Source: an uncultured Gammaproteobacteria bacterium (GTDB lineage: Bacteria > Patescibacteriota > Microgenomatia > 2-02-FULL-39-11). From it: DNA of 64,000 nt. Shown here piece by piece: positions 20,260-29,821 of the stretch. A program made the position numbers and the translations under genes. Under the pieces are notes generated by a model that was given only the letters and a program-made list of their open reading frames with translations, searched no databases and was not told the DNA's origin. How positions within the stretch are numbered: position 1 is the first letter of the stretch; each line of letters begins with the position of its first letter. Location of the stretch: assembly GCA_964544585.1 (NCBI GenBank), contig CAZJBV010000003.1:16950-80949 (forward strand), given 5' to 3'.

Positions 20260-20594
20260 TAAATATACAAAGCGTTTAAGCGGAGTCACGATCCGCGAGC
20301 TGATGGCAAAAATGCCATACGGAAGCTGAACCGTAAAAATCCAACAGACGATGTCGCGGAATCAAAGCGCTTGCACTGAGCGCAGCGAAGTGGAGTCGCC
20401 ATAAAGAGCTAAAAGCATGCAAATGTTTTTAGAATAAAGGATGGGACCGCGAGAGGTCCTTTTTTGTTGCCTCTCGTTCCTTACTCACGATTTTTCGTGG
20501 GTAGGAAACGGGAGGTTTTATTTTACGGTGGAACGTAAAATTGCAAAGCAATTAACGTTCCTACCACGTTAATTTGCGAAGCAAATTTTTACGT
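20260..20594 (+). ncRNA. structured GC-rich leader or ncRNA with four consecutive hairpins (three followed by U-runs)
   Basis: The region is locally GC-rich against an AT-rich genome. Hairpins: GGACC-GCGAGA-GGTCC+T6 (20443-20466); a 20-bp G.U-containing stem at 20470-20515 followed by T4AT4; a stem at 20527-20567; AATTTGC-GAA-GCAAATT+T5 at 20571-20590. No His-rich leader peptide is present. Confidence 0.35.
20443..20466 (+). terminator. intrinsic terminator-like hairpin plus U-tract
   Basis: GGACC GCGAGA GGTCC is followed by TTTTTT. Confidence 0.5.
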
Positions 20595-20670
20595 GGTGGT
20601 ATTAGCTCAACGGTAGAGCACTAGTTTGTGGAACTAGATGTTGCCGGTTCGAATCCGGTATACCACCCCA
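20595..20670 (+). tRNA. tRNA-His (anticodon GUG) with encoded G-1 and 3' CCA
   Basis: The cloverleaf was folded by hand. Acceptor GTGGTAT/ATACCAC is perfect. G-1 (20595) pairs C73 (20667). D stem is GCTC/GAGC. The anticodon loop TTGTGGA gives GTG. T-loop is TTCGAAT. CCA occupies 20668-20670. Confidence 0.9.
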
Positions 20671-21536
20671 TGAATAACAGAAGTCTAAAATTAGCAGTCC
20701 AAAAAGAAGGGCGTCTGACAGAAGAGACGCTGCAGTTTTTGTGGAAATCAGGTCTTGAGTTTGATAGTTTTAGGCAAAGACTTTTTTCTTCGTGCAGAAA
20801 TTTTCCCCTAGAAATCCTCTACGTCCGAGACGATGACATCACCGACTACGTTTCCCAAGGTACAGTGGACCTGGGAATAGTGGGACAAAATATATTAAAT
20901 GAAGAAAGACCCAAAGTAAAAAAACTGCTTAACCTAAGATATGGATTTTGCTCTCTTATCATTGCCGTTCCAAAGGAATCAGAAATAAAAGAGATAAAAG
21001 GATTAAAAGGAAAAAAAATCGCCACCTCATACCCCGTATCAACTAAGAAATTCCTTAGGCAAAATAATATCGAAGCTCAAATAGTGTCTATTTCAGGATC
21101 AGTAGAAATTACCCCCGCATTAGGTATAGCCCAAGCAATAGTTGACCTGACTTCAACAGGTAGCACTCTTGCCCTAAACGATCTAAAAATACTGACAAAG
21201 ATTTATGATTCCGAAGCTATTTTGATCGCAAATAAGGCATCCCTCATCAACAAGAAAAAGAATCTGTTAGAAAAATTGATAACCCGTTTTAAAGGTGTTC
21301 TTTCAGCCAAAAACTACAAATATGTCATGATGAATGCCCCAAAAGATATACTTCCAAAACTAAAAAAAATTACTCCTGGATTAAAATCTCCGACAGTTTC
21401 ACCTCTTACCAAAGAAGGATGGGTGCAAGTAAAAACCGTCATCAAAGAAGATATATTTTGGGAAACAATAGAGCGCCTTAAAAAAACCGGTGCCTCTGGA
21501 ATAATTGTTCTTCCCATAGAAAAAATGATCATCTAA
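20670..21536 (+). CDS. hisG: ATP phosphoribosyltransferase (long form)
   Basis: The N-terminus MNNRSLKLAVQKEGRL aligns with the canonical HisG N-terminus. The ATG A is the terminal A of the tRNA-His CCA. A C-terminal regulatory domain is present. Confidence 0.85.
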   Translation: MNNRSLKLAVQKEGRLTEETLQFLWKSGLEFDSFRQRLFSSCRNFPLEILYVRDDDITDYVSQGTVDLGIVGQNILNEERPKVKKLLNLRYGFCSLIIAVPKESEIKEIKGLKGKKIATSYPVSTKKFLRQNNIEAQIVSISGSVEITPALGIAQAIVDLTSTGSTLALNDLKILTKIYDSEAILIANKASLINKKKNLLEKLITRFKGVLSAKNYKYVMMNAPKDILPKLKKITPGLKSPTVSPLTKEGWVQVKTVIKEDIFWETIERLKKTGASGIIVLPIEKMII

Positions 21537-21543
21537 AAACTAT

Positions 21544-22839
21544 ATGAAAGTCATAAATCTAAAAGACTTATCAATTAAAGATAGAAACAGAATCATTAAT
21601 CGCTCATTCGGCCTGAATGCGACGCTCTTCCCCATGGTAAAAAAAACAATGGAAAAGATAAAAGTCAATGGAGATAAGGCAATTTATGAAAAATATCAAA
21701 ATAGATATGGTAAAGATCAATACAAAAACATAAGAGTAAAAAAAGATGAAATAAAAAAAGCATATGAAAATATATCCAAAGATACTTTGAAAGCTTTAAA
21801 ACAGATGATAAAAAACATTAAAGTAGTTCACAAAGCGCAGTTGCCTTCAAAGAAAGATACAATTGTCTACCCTGAAAAAGGGATAAAAGTAGAAAGAAAT
21901 TGGCGTTCTATTGAAAAAGTAGGTCTATATATTCCTGGCGGAAAAGCAATCTATCCCTCCTCAGTCTTGATGTCAGCTATTCCCGCAATTATTTCCGGCT
22001 GCAAAGAAATCATCATCTGTACTCCACCCGGAGATGAAGGAAAAATTCCATCCGCGACATTAGTTGCTGCAGATTTAGTTGGGGTAAAGAAAATATTTAA
22101 AGTCGGCGGGGCTGAAGCAATTGCTGCCATGGTCTTTGGAACAAGAGAAATACCAAAAGTATACAAAATATTCGGAGCCGGAAACGCCATTGTCACAGCC
22201 GCTAAAATGATCGCCATGGAAACTATCGCCATCGACATGCCCGCAGGACCATCGGAAATATTTATCATTGCAGACAATACTGCAAATCCCAAATTTATCG
22301 CCGCAGATCTTCTTGCCGATGGAGAACACGGGCCAGATTCTGCTTGTGTACTTCTTACAACATCAAACATTATTGCCCAAAAAGCAGTTTCGGAAATTGA
22401 AAAACAGCTAAAAAATCTATCAACACGAGAAAGAGTAAGAGAATCTTTGAAACAATACGGTCTCATTGCAGTAGTTAACTCTCTCGACGAAGCTATAAAC
22501 TTTACCAATGAATATGCGCCAGAACATCTAGAGATCATGACTAAAAACGCAAGGGAAATTGTAAATAAAATCCAAAACGCAGGATCGGTATTCATTGGGA
22601 ATTGGACTACTAAATCTGCCGGAGATTATGCCACAGGCGCCAATCACATCCTTCCTACAGGAGGCACTGCCAAAATGTATCCACCTTTAGGAGTCGACAG
22701 TTTCGGTAAGTGGATGCAGGTACAGGAATGTACAAAAGAAGGCCTGCGTACCATACGAAAAACTATTGAAACAATGGGAGACGTAGAACAATTACCAGCA
22801 CACAAAAACGCAACATCAATAAGATTTAATAATAATTAA
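21544..22839 (+). CDS. hisD: histidinol dehydrogenase
   Basis: Length 431 aa with the conserved HisD core (GPSEIF, DLLADGEHGPDS). Confidence 0.85.
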   Translation: MKVINLKDLSIKDRNRIINRSFGLNATLFPMVKKTMEKIKVNGDKAIYEKYQNRYGKDQYKNIRVKKDEIKKAYENISKDTLKALKQMIKNIKVVHKAQLPSKKDTIVYPEKGIKVERNWRSIEKVGLYIPGGKAIYPSSVLMSAIPAIISGCKEIIICTPPGDEGKIPSATLVAADLVGVKKIFKVGGAEAIAAMVFGTREIPKVYKIFGAGNAIVTAAKMIAMETIAIDMPAGPSEIFIIADNTANPKFIAADLLADGEHGPDSACVLLTTSNIIAQKAVSEIEKQLKNLSTRERVRESLKQYGLIAVVNSLDEAINFTNEYAPEHLEIMTKNAREIVNKIQNAGSVFIGNWTTKSAGDYATGANHILPTGGTAKMYPPLGVDSFGKWMQVQECTKEGLRTIRKTIETMGDVEQLPAHKNATSIRFNNN

Positions 22840-23910
22840 ATGAAAAATATTCAAAACTATTTCTCGCGAGTTGCCCAAAAAATTGAGCCTTATCAATGGG
22901 AAGAGGTGCTATCGGCAAAATCCCTGCGTTTTGATACCAACACTCCTCCCTTGCCACCAGCAAGTCTTAACCGCTTTTTAAAATCTATGGCAAAAAATTG
23001 CCCGATCAACGAATATACCGATCCTGCATACACAAAGCTTCGAGAATTAATAGCAAAATACGAAAAAGTAGAAAGCGATATGGTGACAGTCATAAATAGC
23101 GGAGATGAAGCAATAGATGTCTTGGCAAAAACATTTTTAAACCAAGGCGATATGTTTATCATTACTCCGCCAACGTATGAAATGTTTACAATCCAATGTA
23201 GTATAAACCGCGGTATTCCTCTGGAGGTACCATTGAAAAAAGAAACATTTGCTGTAGATGCAGAAAAAATAATTACAGAAAGTAAAAAACCAACAGTAAA
23301 ACTTATATTTCTCGTAAATCCCAACAATCCTAGCGCAACAATCACTCCTTTAAATACAATCGAAAAAATTGTCAAAGAGGCAAACTCAATTGTTGTCGTT
23401 GACGAAGTTTACAGAGAATTCTATGGAAAAACCGCAGTTCCCCTTTTAAAAAGATACGAAAATTTAGTAATCCTAAGAAGTTTTTCCAAATTTGCCGCAA
23501 TTGCAGGCGCCCGAGTCGGATACCTTTTAGCAAACAGTACTCTCTCGCAAAAATTTGACGCCATCCGATTTCCCATGGGTGTAAGTTTCCTTTCATACAA
23601 ACTGGCAGAATATATTTTAGAAAATGACCAAGTCTGGATGAAAAAGCAAATACAAATGGTAAAAAGAGAAAGAACGAAACTTAGTACCGACTTGCAAAAG
23701 TTAGGCTTTAAAGTCATCCCTTCAAAAGCCAATTTCGTTCTCGTCAATATGGGCAAAAAAGCAAAACAAATTTCGCAAAAGTTAAAACAAAGAAATATCA
23801 TTATTAGAGATAGAAGTAATAAGCCATATTTAAAAGGATTCGTCCGTATAACCGTACGAAGCCCAGAAGAAAATAAAAGACTCATAACAACTTTAAAGGA
23901 GATATTATGA
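22840..23910 (+). CDS. hisC: histidinol-phosphate aminotransferase
   Basis: Class II aminotransferase with NPNNPSAT and the PLP-Lys motif SFSKFAAIAG. Confidence 0.85.
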   Translation: MKNIQNYFSRVAQKIEPYQWEEVLSAKSLRFDTNTPPLPPASLNRFLKSMAKNCPINEYTDPAYTKLRELIAKYEKVESDMVTVINSGDEAIDVLAKTFLNQGDMFIITPPTYEMFTIQCSINRGIPLEVPLKKETFAVDAEKIITESKKPTVKLIFLVNPNNPSATITPLNTIEKIVKEANSIVVVDEVYREFYGKTAVPLLKRYENLVILRSFSKFAAIAGARVGYLLANSTLSQKFDAIRFPMGVSFLSYKLAEYILENDQVWMKKQIQMVKRERTKLSTDLQKLGFKVIPSKANFVLVNMGKKAKQISQKLKQRNIIIRDRSNKPYLKGFVRITVRSPEENKRLITTLKEIL

Positions 23911-24740
23911 AAAAAATATTCTTGTTTGATTATCATGTCCAAGCTCTAGCCCACGAAAGAGGAAGTAAGTTAAGAATAGAAGAAACAATAGAATCTGCCA
24001 TCGAAAAAGGATTATCTGCAATCTGTCTTACAGATCACTTTCCCCTGCCGTCAGATTTTACTGATCTGACAAAAGATGTCAGAGTCAAATATCCAGGGTA
24101 CGTCGATAAAGTTATCAGCGCTAAAGAAAAATATAAGAATGATATCGAAGTTTTATTAGGCGCAGAGTTTGACTGGCTTTCCAGTTATGAGGAATGGATA
24201 GAAAACGCAGAGAAGCAATATCCATTCGATTATGTAATCGGTTCAGTACATTTTTTAGATAATATTCCTATCGATTATACAAAAGAATATTTTGTCAAGG
24301 CGATAAAAACATATGGTGGTATCAAAAGTCTAATCACAAAATATTATGAGAATGTTCGCAAAGTTTCTATCTCGAACTTATTTGATAGTATCGGCCACTT
24401 AGACAGAATTAAAGTATTCAACGACGGAAATTTCTTTTCCGAAAAAGTGGATTGGTACCGAATGGAAGTTTTAAAAACTTTAGATGTCATCGCAAAATAT
24501 ACAAAAACTATCGAAGTAAACACTGCGGGACTTAATAGGGTATGCCAATCAACATATCCAAGTCTTTGGATTTTAAAAGAGGCAAAGAAAAGAGGGATAA
24601 ATCTGACCCTCGGCTCGGATGCGCACTTTCCCCAAAAAGTCGGCAGAAATTTAGATATTGCGGTAAGTTTAGCCAAACAAGCAGGATTCACGTCTTTAGT
24701 AAGATTCAAAAATAGAACAAAAATCGAGGTAAAAATATGA
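23907..24740 (+). CDS. hisK: histidinol-phosphatase, PHP family
   Basis: PHP metal-binding motifs TDHFP, GSVHF and GSDAHFP are present. It sits between hisC and hisB. Confidence 0.75.
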   Translation: MKKIFLFDYHVQALAHERGSKLRIEETIESAIEKGLSAICLTDHFPLPSDFTDLTKDVRVKYPGYVDKVISAKEKYKNDIEVLLGAEFDWLSSYEEWIENAEKQYPFDYVIGSVHFLDNIPIDYTKEYFVKAIKTYGGIKSLITKYYENVRKVSISNLFDSIGHLDRIKVFNDGNFFSEKVDWYRMEVLKTLDVIAKYTKTIEVNTAGLNRVCQSTYPSLWILKEAKKRGINLTLGSDAHFPQKVGRNLDIAVSLAKQAGFTSLVRFKNRTKIEVKI

Positions 24741-25327
24741 AAAGAACAGCAAAAGTGGAAAGAAAAACAAAAGAAACAGACATAAAAATAAAACTAAATA
24801 TCGATGGCGAAGGAAATTATTCCATAGATACTCCTATTGGATTTTTAAACCACATGCTCGAGCTTTTTGTCAAACACGGTTTATTTGATCTCGAGATAGT
24901 TACAAAAGGAGATATCAAAGTCGACGAACACCACACCGTCGAAGATATCGGCATTATCTTGGGAAAAGTATTTGCAAAAGCCCTAAATGACAAAAAGGGT
25001 ATTAATCGTTATGGATTTTTTATCCTTCCCATGGATGAATCGCTCATCACAGCTGCATGTGATTTATCTGGAAGAATTTATTTTCGTTTAGATTGCGAAT
25101 TTAAAAGAGAAAAAGTAGGAGATCTTCCTACAGAACTTGTCTATGATTTTTGGGACGCTTTTGCCAAAAATGCAAATATCAGTTTGCAAATAAAGGAAGA
25201 ATTCGGCCGAAACGATCACCACAAAATCGAAGGAATTTTCAAGTCCGTCGCCCGAGCTCTTCACATAGCCTGTGATTTTGATGAAAGAATAAAGGGTCAA
25301 ATTCCCTCAACGAAAGGAGTCCTATGA
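24737..25327 (+). CDS. hisB: imidazoleglycerol-phosphate dehydratase
   Basis: Motifs IDTPIGFLNHML and VDEHHTVEDIGI are present. Confidence 0.9.
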   Translation: MKRTAKVERKTKETDIKIKLNIDGEGNYSIDTPIGFLNHMLELFVKHGLFDLEIVTKGDIKVDEHHTVEDIGIILGKVFAKALNDKKGINRYGFFILPMDESLITAACDLSGRIYFRLDCEFKREKVGDLPTELVYDFWDAFAKNANISLQIKEEFGRNDHHKIEGIFKSVARALHIACDFDERIKGQIPSTKGVL

Positions 25328-25947
25328 TTGGAATTTTGGATTACAAAATCGGAAATGTTGGGAGCGTTGCAAATGCCTTAACAAAGCTAAATATTCCCTT
25401 TGTTTTAACAAGCGATAAAACTGTTCTAGAAAAAACTACCGCTCTCATCCTTCCTGGCGTCGGATCAGCAAACCAAGGAATGGAAAATCTTATAAAGCTG
25501 GAATTAAAGAATTTTCTCATAGACCAAATAAAGTCAGGAAAGCCATTTTTGGGAATTTGTCTTGGCATGCAACTTCTATTTGATAATAGCGAGGAAGGAA
25601 ATACAAAATGCCTCGGGGTTCTTAGAGGCAAAGTAAAAAAATTTAGAAAAGAGGAAAAAATCCCACAAATCGGCTGGAATAAAGTAGAACCAATGGATAA
25701 ATATTTTTATTTCGTCAATAGTTATTATTGCGAACCAGAAGACAAATCAATCATCGCTGGTAAGACAAAATATGGCGAAGAATTTGCCAGCATCATTAAA
25801 TATAAAAATATTTTTGCCACCCAGTTTCACCCTGAAAAAAGCGGAAAAGATGGCTTTCAACTATTAAAAGATTGGACAAGACACCTCCGAGGTGACCCAA
25901 AGGGACTCCTCGGATGGTGGAGGAATCAGGAAAAAGTAATATGTTAA
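25324..25947 (+). CDS. hisH: imidazole glycerol phosphate synthase, glutamine amidotransferase subunit
   Basis: The class I GATase Cys sits in GICLGMQLL, followed by the His-Glu pair FHPEKS. Confidence 0.85.
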   Translation: MIGILDYKIGNVGSVANALTKLNIPFVLTSDKTVLEKTTALILPGVGSANQGMENLIKLELKNFLIDQIKSGKPFLGICLGMQLLFDNSEEGNTKCLGVLRGKVKKFRKEEKIPQIGWNKVEPMDKYFYFVNSYYCEPEDKSIIAGKTKYGEEFASIIKYKNIFATQFHPEKSGKDGFQLLKDWTRHLRGDPKGLLGWWRNQEKVIC

Positions 25948-26699
25948 CAAAACGAATTATTCCTTGCCTTGATATGACTCAAGGAAAAGTAGTTAAGGGC
26001 ATACAATTTGTCTCATTTCGCGATGCCGGCGACCCAGTAAAACTTGCAAAAATATATGACCAACAGGATGCAGACGAGCTTGTGTTTTTAGACATAACGG
26101 CAACAGTAGAAAACCGACCCATACTTCTTGATGTCGTGAGACGCACAGCAAAGGAAGTCACAATTCCTTTCTCGGTTGGCGGAGGAATAAGAACAGTCGA
26201 AGATATGCGCATGATTCTTCGCGCTGGTGCTGATAAAGTTTCGGTCAATACTGGAGCACTCAAAAATCCAAAACTTATTTCTGATTGCGCCAAAGAATTT
26301 GGCAGCCAGTGTGTTGTTCTTTCCATGGATGTAAAAAAAATAAGTGCTAGCCGCTGGAATGTATTTATAAATGGAGGAAGAACCGATACTGGGATGGATG
26401 CAGTTTCCTGGGCAAAAAGTGCAACTCGCTTAGGTGCCGGAGAAATACTTCTTACGTCAATTGATAGCGATGGCACCAAAAATGGATTCGACGTCGAATT
26501 GACAAAACGTGTATCAAACGCCGTGACCGTTCCAGTCATTGCCTCCGGAGGAGCAGGAAAACTTGAAGATTTTTATTCCGTGCTAACAAAAGGGAAAGCA
26601 GATGCGGCTCTTGCCGCATCTCTTTTTCACTTTAAAGAGTTAACCATCCAAAAAGTAAAAGATTATTTAAAAGTTAAAAACATTTCAATTAGAAATTAA
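25941..26699 (+). CDS. hisF: imidazole glycerol phosphate synthase cyclase subunit
   Basis: The N-terminus [11 protein letters not shown] is the HisF type. GGGIR and IASGGAG are present. The ATG at 25941 overlaps the hisH stop. Confidence 0.85.
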   Translation: MLTKRIIPCLDMTQGKVVKGIQFVSFRDAGDPVKLAKIYDQQDADELVFLDITATVENRPILLDVVRRTAKEVTIPFSVGGGIRTVEDMRMILRAGADKVSVNTGALKNPKLISDCAKEFGSQCVVLSMDVKKISASRWNVFINGGRTDTGMDAVSWAKSATRLGAGEILLTSIDSDGTKNGFDVELTKRVSNAVTVPVIASGGAGKLEDFYSVLTKGKADAALAASLFHFKELTIQKVKDYLKVKNISIRN

Positions 26700-26700
26700 T

Positions 26701-26991
26701 ATGAAATTAATTCCAACAATCATTCAAGAGGAAAAATCAGGAGAAGTGCTTATGCTTGGATATATGAATGATAAGTCTTTGAAGCTTACAAAAGGCACAG
26801 GTTATGTATATTTTTGGAGCAGAAAAAGAAAAAAACTCTGGAAAAAAGGAGAATCATCTGGAAATACGTTAAAAGTAAAAAGTCTATCAAGCGACTGTGA
26901 TAATGACACTTTACTTATAAAAGTAGACTCACAGGACAAAAATATTTGTCACAAAGGGACACGATCATGTTTTAATTATGAAATTAAATAA
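26701..26991 (+). CDS. hisI: phosphoribosyl-AMP cyclohydrolase
   Basis: Sequence GYMNDKSL...YFWSRKRKKLWKKGESSGN plus a Cys/His zinc site is present. Confidence 0.85.
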   Translation: MKLIPTIIQEEKSGEVLMLGYMNDKSLKLTKGTGYVYFWSRKRKKLWKKGESSGNTLKVKSLSSDCDNDTLLIKVDSQDKNICHKGTRSCFNYEIK

Positions 26992-27259
26992 ACTATATTC
27001 AATCATCGAGAAGCGCAAAAAAGGGTTGCCAAAAAACTCATATACTGCAAACATTTTTCGAGCTGGAAAAGACAAAATCATCCAAAAAGTAGGCGAGGAG
27101 GCAGTAGAGGTCATTATTGCTGCCAAAAATAGTGATAAAAAGGCACTGATTTCCGAACTCGCCGATTTGCAATATCATCTATTAGTCTTACTATCCCAAT
27201 GTAGTATCACTCCAGAAGATATAGAAGAGGAATTAGAGAAAAGAATGAAAAAACTATGA
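26978..27259 (+). CDS. hisE: phosphoribosyl-ATP pyrophosphatase
   Basis: The MazG-like motif EEAVEVIIAAKN...ELADLQYHLLVLL is present. Confidence 0.8.
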   Translation: MKLNKLYSIIEKRKKGLPKNSYTANIFRAGKDKIIQKVGEEAVEVIIAAKNSDKKALISELADLQYHLLVLLSQCSITPEDIEEELEKRMKKL

Positions 27260-27437
27260 AATTTTGGCCCTCAAGAAAAAAAGAATGAGCAAGTTTACCC
27301 AGTAAGCCTTGGTTTAATTACTATTTGACACAATCAGACACTTAATAAAGCTAACTTGACAACCTACCGACCTGTACACCACAATTATACATAGCAGTAT
27401 TGAAATTCAAAAGAAAGTTAACTATAATTCTCTCCCT

Positions 27438-27638
27438 ATGCCAATCAATTGGACAAAAATATATAATTCATATAAAGGTCAATGGGTCGCCCTGAAAGAA
27501 GACGAAAAGACTATTATTACTTCCGGCAAGACAGTTAAGGAAGTAATGGTAAAATCCAAAAAAAAGGGCTTTAACTTGCCGATATTATTTCATGTACCTG
27601 CAAAATCTACAGCTTACATCGGCTTATTTCAAGAATGA
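27438..27638 (+). CDS. DUF5678-like small protein (partner of retropepsin-like protease)
   Basis: The 66-aa product contains YKGQWVALKEDEKTIITSGKTVKEVMVKSKKKGF...FHVP. It overlaps the downstream protease gene (ATGA). Confidence 0.5.
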   Translation: MPINWTKIYNSYKGQWVALKEDEKTIITSGKTVKEVMVKSKKKGFNLPILFHVPAKSTAYIGLFQE

Positions 27639-28075
27639 AGTTTGCTTATAAGAAAATACCTATCTTTCCCCATTCATCTTATCTAGGTATTTCTGTTCTA
27701 AGACCAATTATTCCTGCAATAATATCTTACGGAGGTAATTCTCTAAAGTATGATGTCCTTATAGATTCTGGTGCTGATTTCTGTATTTTGCCAGCAGAGA
27801 TAGGTGAATATTTAGGGATCGATATTAAAAGTAGAACGAAGCAAGAATTTGGTGGTATACAAGAACAAGGTAAGACTCGCGCCGTGGCTTATATGCATGA
27901 AGTAATTTTAAACATCGGAGGATATGACTATAAAACAACGGTTGGTTTTTCTTATGATATTGCTAAAATGGGGTACGGTATCTTGGGCCAAAAAGGATTT
28001 TTTAACCTTTTTAAGATACAATTTGATTATCGCAAGGGAGAAGTTGAATTAAAAGAAAAGCCTGAAGTTAATTAA
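27635..28075 (+). CDS. retropepsin-like aspartic peptidase
   Basis: The D-S-G-A catalytic motif appears as VLIDSGADFCILP. Length is about 146 aa. Confidence 0.7.
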   Translation: MKFAYKKIPIFPHSSYLGISVLRPIIPAIISYGGNSLKYDVLIDSGADFCILPAEIGEYLGIDIKSRTKQEFGGIQEQGKTRAVAYMHEVILNIGGYDYKTTVGFSYDIAKMGYGILGQKGFFNLFKIQFDYRKGEVELKEKPEVN

Positions 28076-28196
28076 ATCAATTTTGGCAAAACTTGACAAA
28101 TAACAAAAAACTTTAGTATATATAATCTGTGGCACGGTTTTTTTCGTAAGGGATATTAAATTTCGAGGAGTGATCCCATCCTCAAAATTAAAAAAT

Positions 28197-28226
28197 AAAC
28201 GACCTATTATGCTGGTCGTTTTTTAG
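28197..28226 (+). terminator. hairpin plus U-tract immediately upstream of the FTR1 gene (terminator or attenuator)
   Basis: AAACGACC-tattatgct-GGTCGTTT is followed by TTTAG. It lies 11 nt before the ATG at 28237. An alternative pairing GAGGA...TCCTC is possible upstream. Confidence 0.4.
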
Positions 28227-28236
28227 TCTCAGAAAA

Positions 28237-29070
28237 ATGATACCTTCATTTCTTATCACTTTTAGAGAAGTCATCGAAGCATCCCTTATCGTGGCCACAA
28301 TTTTAGGTATACTCGTTAAACTCAATCAAAAAAAGAGTATCAAAACAGTTTGGATAGCAGCAGGCGCAGCAACATTTATAAGCATAACTCTTCTTGGCTT
28401 AGGAAGTCTCTTTGGATTGAAAGTGCAGGAGCTGTATTCAGGAAAAACAGAAGAATTCATAGAAGGTATTTTGATGGTCACATCAGCGGTATTTATCACT
28501 TGGGCAGTCTTTTTCCTTCATAAATACTTTGCCCAGTACAAAACTAGGCTCCTTCAAAAAATAAAAGCAACAGTCGAAAAAGAGGAACAAAAAGGACTAT
28601 TTCTACTTGTATTTACCGCAGTATTCCGGGAAGGATTTGAAATAGTTCTTTTCCTTTCCACAGTCTACTTCTCTTCTAACCCTCAGAGTATATTTACAGG
28701 ATTTGCGCTCGGAACAATCGGCGGACTACTCATTTCCTTGGGATTATTTACCGCAACTCTACGGCTTCCAGTTTTCTATGCATTTCGAGTTACAAGCATA
28801 CTTCTTATCCTTTTTGCCGCAGGCCTTCTTGCTCGCGGAATTCATGAATTCGCAGAAGTAGGAATTATTCCAGAAATTGGAAAAATGACATTCGCCTTTA
28901 TTCCTGCTAAAGCCACGTTTACAGGCGACATGCTAAAAGCAATCTTTGGCATTACCCAAAAAATGGATCTTATACAATTATCCCTCTATTCTGCCTATGT
29001 TGCCCTCATGTCCTGGTGGGTATTTTTTCGAAATGCCAACCCTAATGTGCCTCGGAAAGAAGAGAAATAG
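28237..29070 (+). CDS. FTR1/EfeU-family high-affinity iron permease
   Basis: Two RExxE motifs are present in TM helices: REVIEAS and REGFEIV. Confidence 0.75.
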   Translation: MIPSFLITFREVIEASLIVATILGILVKLNQKKSIKTVWIAAGAATFISITLLGLGSLFGLKVQELYSGKTEEFIEGILMVTSAVFITWAVFFLHKYFAQYKTRLLQKIKATVEKEEQKGLFLLVFTAVFREGFEIVLFLSTVYFSSNPQSIFTGFALGTIGGLLISLGLFTATLRLPVFYAFRVTSILLILFAAGLLARGIHEFAEVGIIPEIGKMTFAFIPAKATFTGDMLKAIFGITQKMDLIQLSLYSAYVALMSWWVFFRNANPNVPRKEEK

Positions 29071-29797
29071 TCACATATAAAACAACAATCCCCAGAATAA
29101 ATGGAACAGTCTGAAACCATCCTCTATTTTTTCTAAATTCTCGATGAAGTTCGGGAATAAGATCGGAGCAGGCAATATAAATAAACATTCCTCCCGTAAA
29201 AGATAAAAAGTATGGCACTAATCCTTCGATATTTTCCAAAAAGAAGTATCCCAAAATTGCCCCTACCATCGCAGTCAAGGCCGAAAGGAAATTAAAAAAT
29301 AATGCCCTTGTCCTTTTCATTCCTCCATGAAGAAGAATACTCAAATCCGCTATTTCTTGGGGTATTTCATGTGCAGCAATTGCGAGAGTCGCAGTGATTC
29401 CTACGCCCGGGTTTGTCAAGAAGGCAGCTGCAATAGCAATACCATCAATAAAGTTGTGGAAAGCATCACCTAAAAGAATGAGTACAGACGATGGCCTGGC
29501 GCCATGAAGATCATGATGATGATGAAACCATAAAACGTACCGCTCTAAAAAGAAGAAAAATATAACACCCAAAAATGCCGGAAGTAACACGTTCTCATGT
29601 ACACCAAGTTCTTCAAATCCTTCAAGTGCTTCCGGAAGTAAATCCAAAAAGGCAGCAGTGATCATCACCCCCGCCGCAAAACTAACAAGATATGTCAAGA
29701 AGCGCTCATTAAGAATTCGTTTCTGAAAAAGAAATACTCCGCCCGAAAAAGATATTATACTTACAATAAAACTCGCTAATACAATGTATATAAACAT
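29042..29797 (-). CDS. ZIP family divalent metal transporter
   Basis: A His-rich loop HHHHDLHG and the signature motif HEIPQEIADLSILL are present. Confidence 0.8.
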   Translation of the reverse strand: MFIYIVLASFIVSIISFSGGVFLFQKRILNERFLTYLVSFAAGVMITAAFLDLLPEALEGFEELGVHENVLLPAFLGVIFFFFLERYVLWFHHHHDLHGARPSSVLILLGDAFHNFIDGIAIAAAFLTNPGVGITATLAIAAHEIPQEIADLSILLHGGMKRTRALFFNFLSALTAMVGAILGYFFLENIEGLVPYFLSFTGGMFIYIACSDLIPELHREFRKNRGWFQTVPFILGIVVLYVTISLLSEAH

Positions 29798-29821
29798 ATA
29801 TTATTGCCAATTCTTACATAT

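Noticed and set aside
20628-20669. N-terminal extension of hisG in the ORF track (MELDVAGSNPVYHP...)
   Set aside because: This stretch is the tRNA-His gene read in frame. The HisG alignment starts at the ATG at 20670.
28080-28236. Riboswitch upstream of the FTR1 iron permease
   Set aside because: Only a terminator-like hairpin and one alternative pairing were seen. There is no match to a known riboswitch class that I can recognise. It is listed only as a terminator/attenuator feature.
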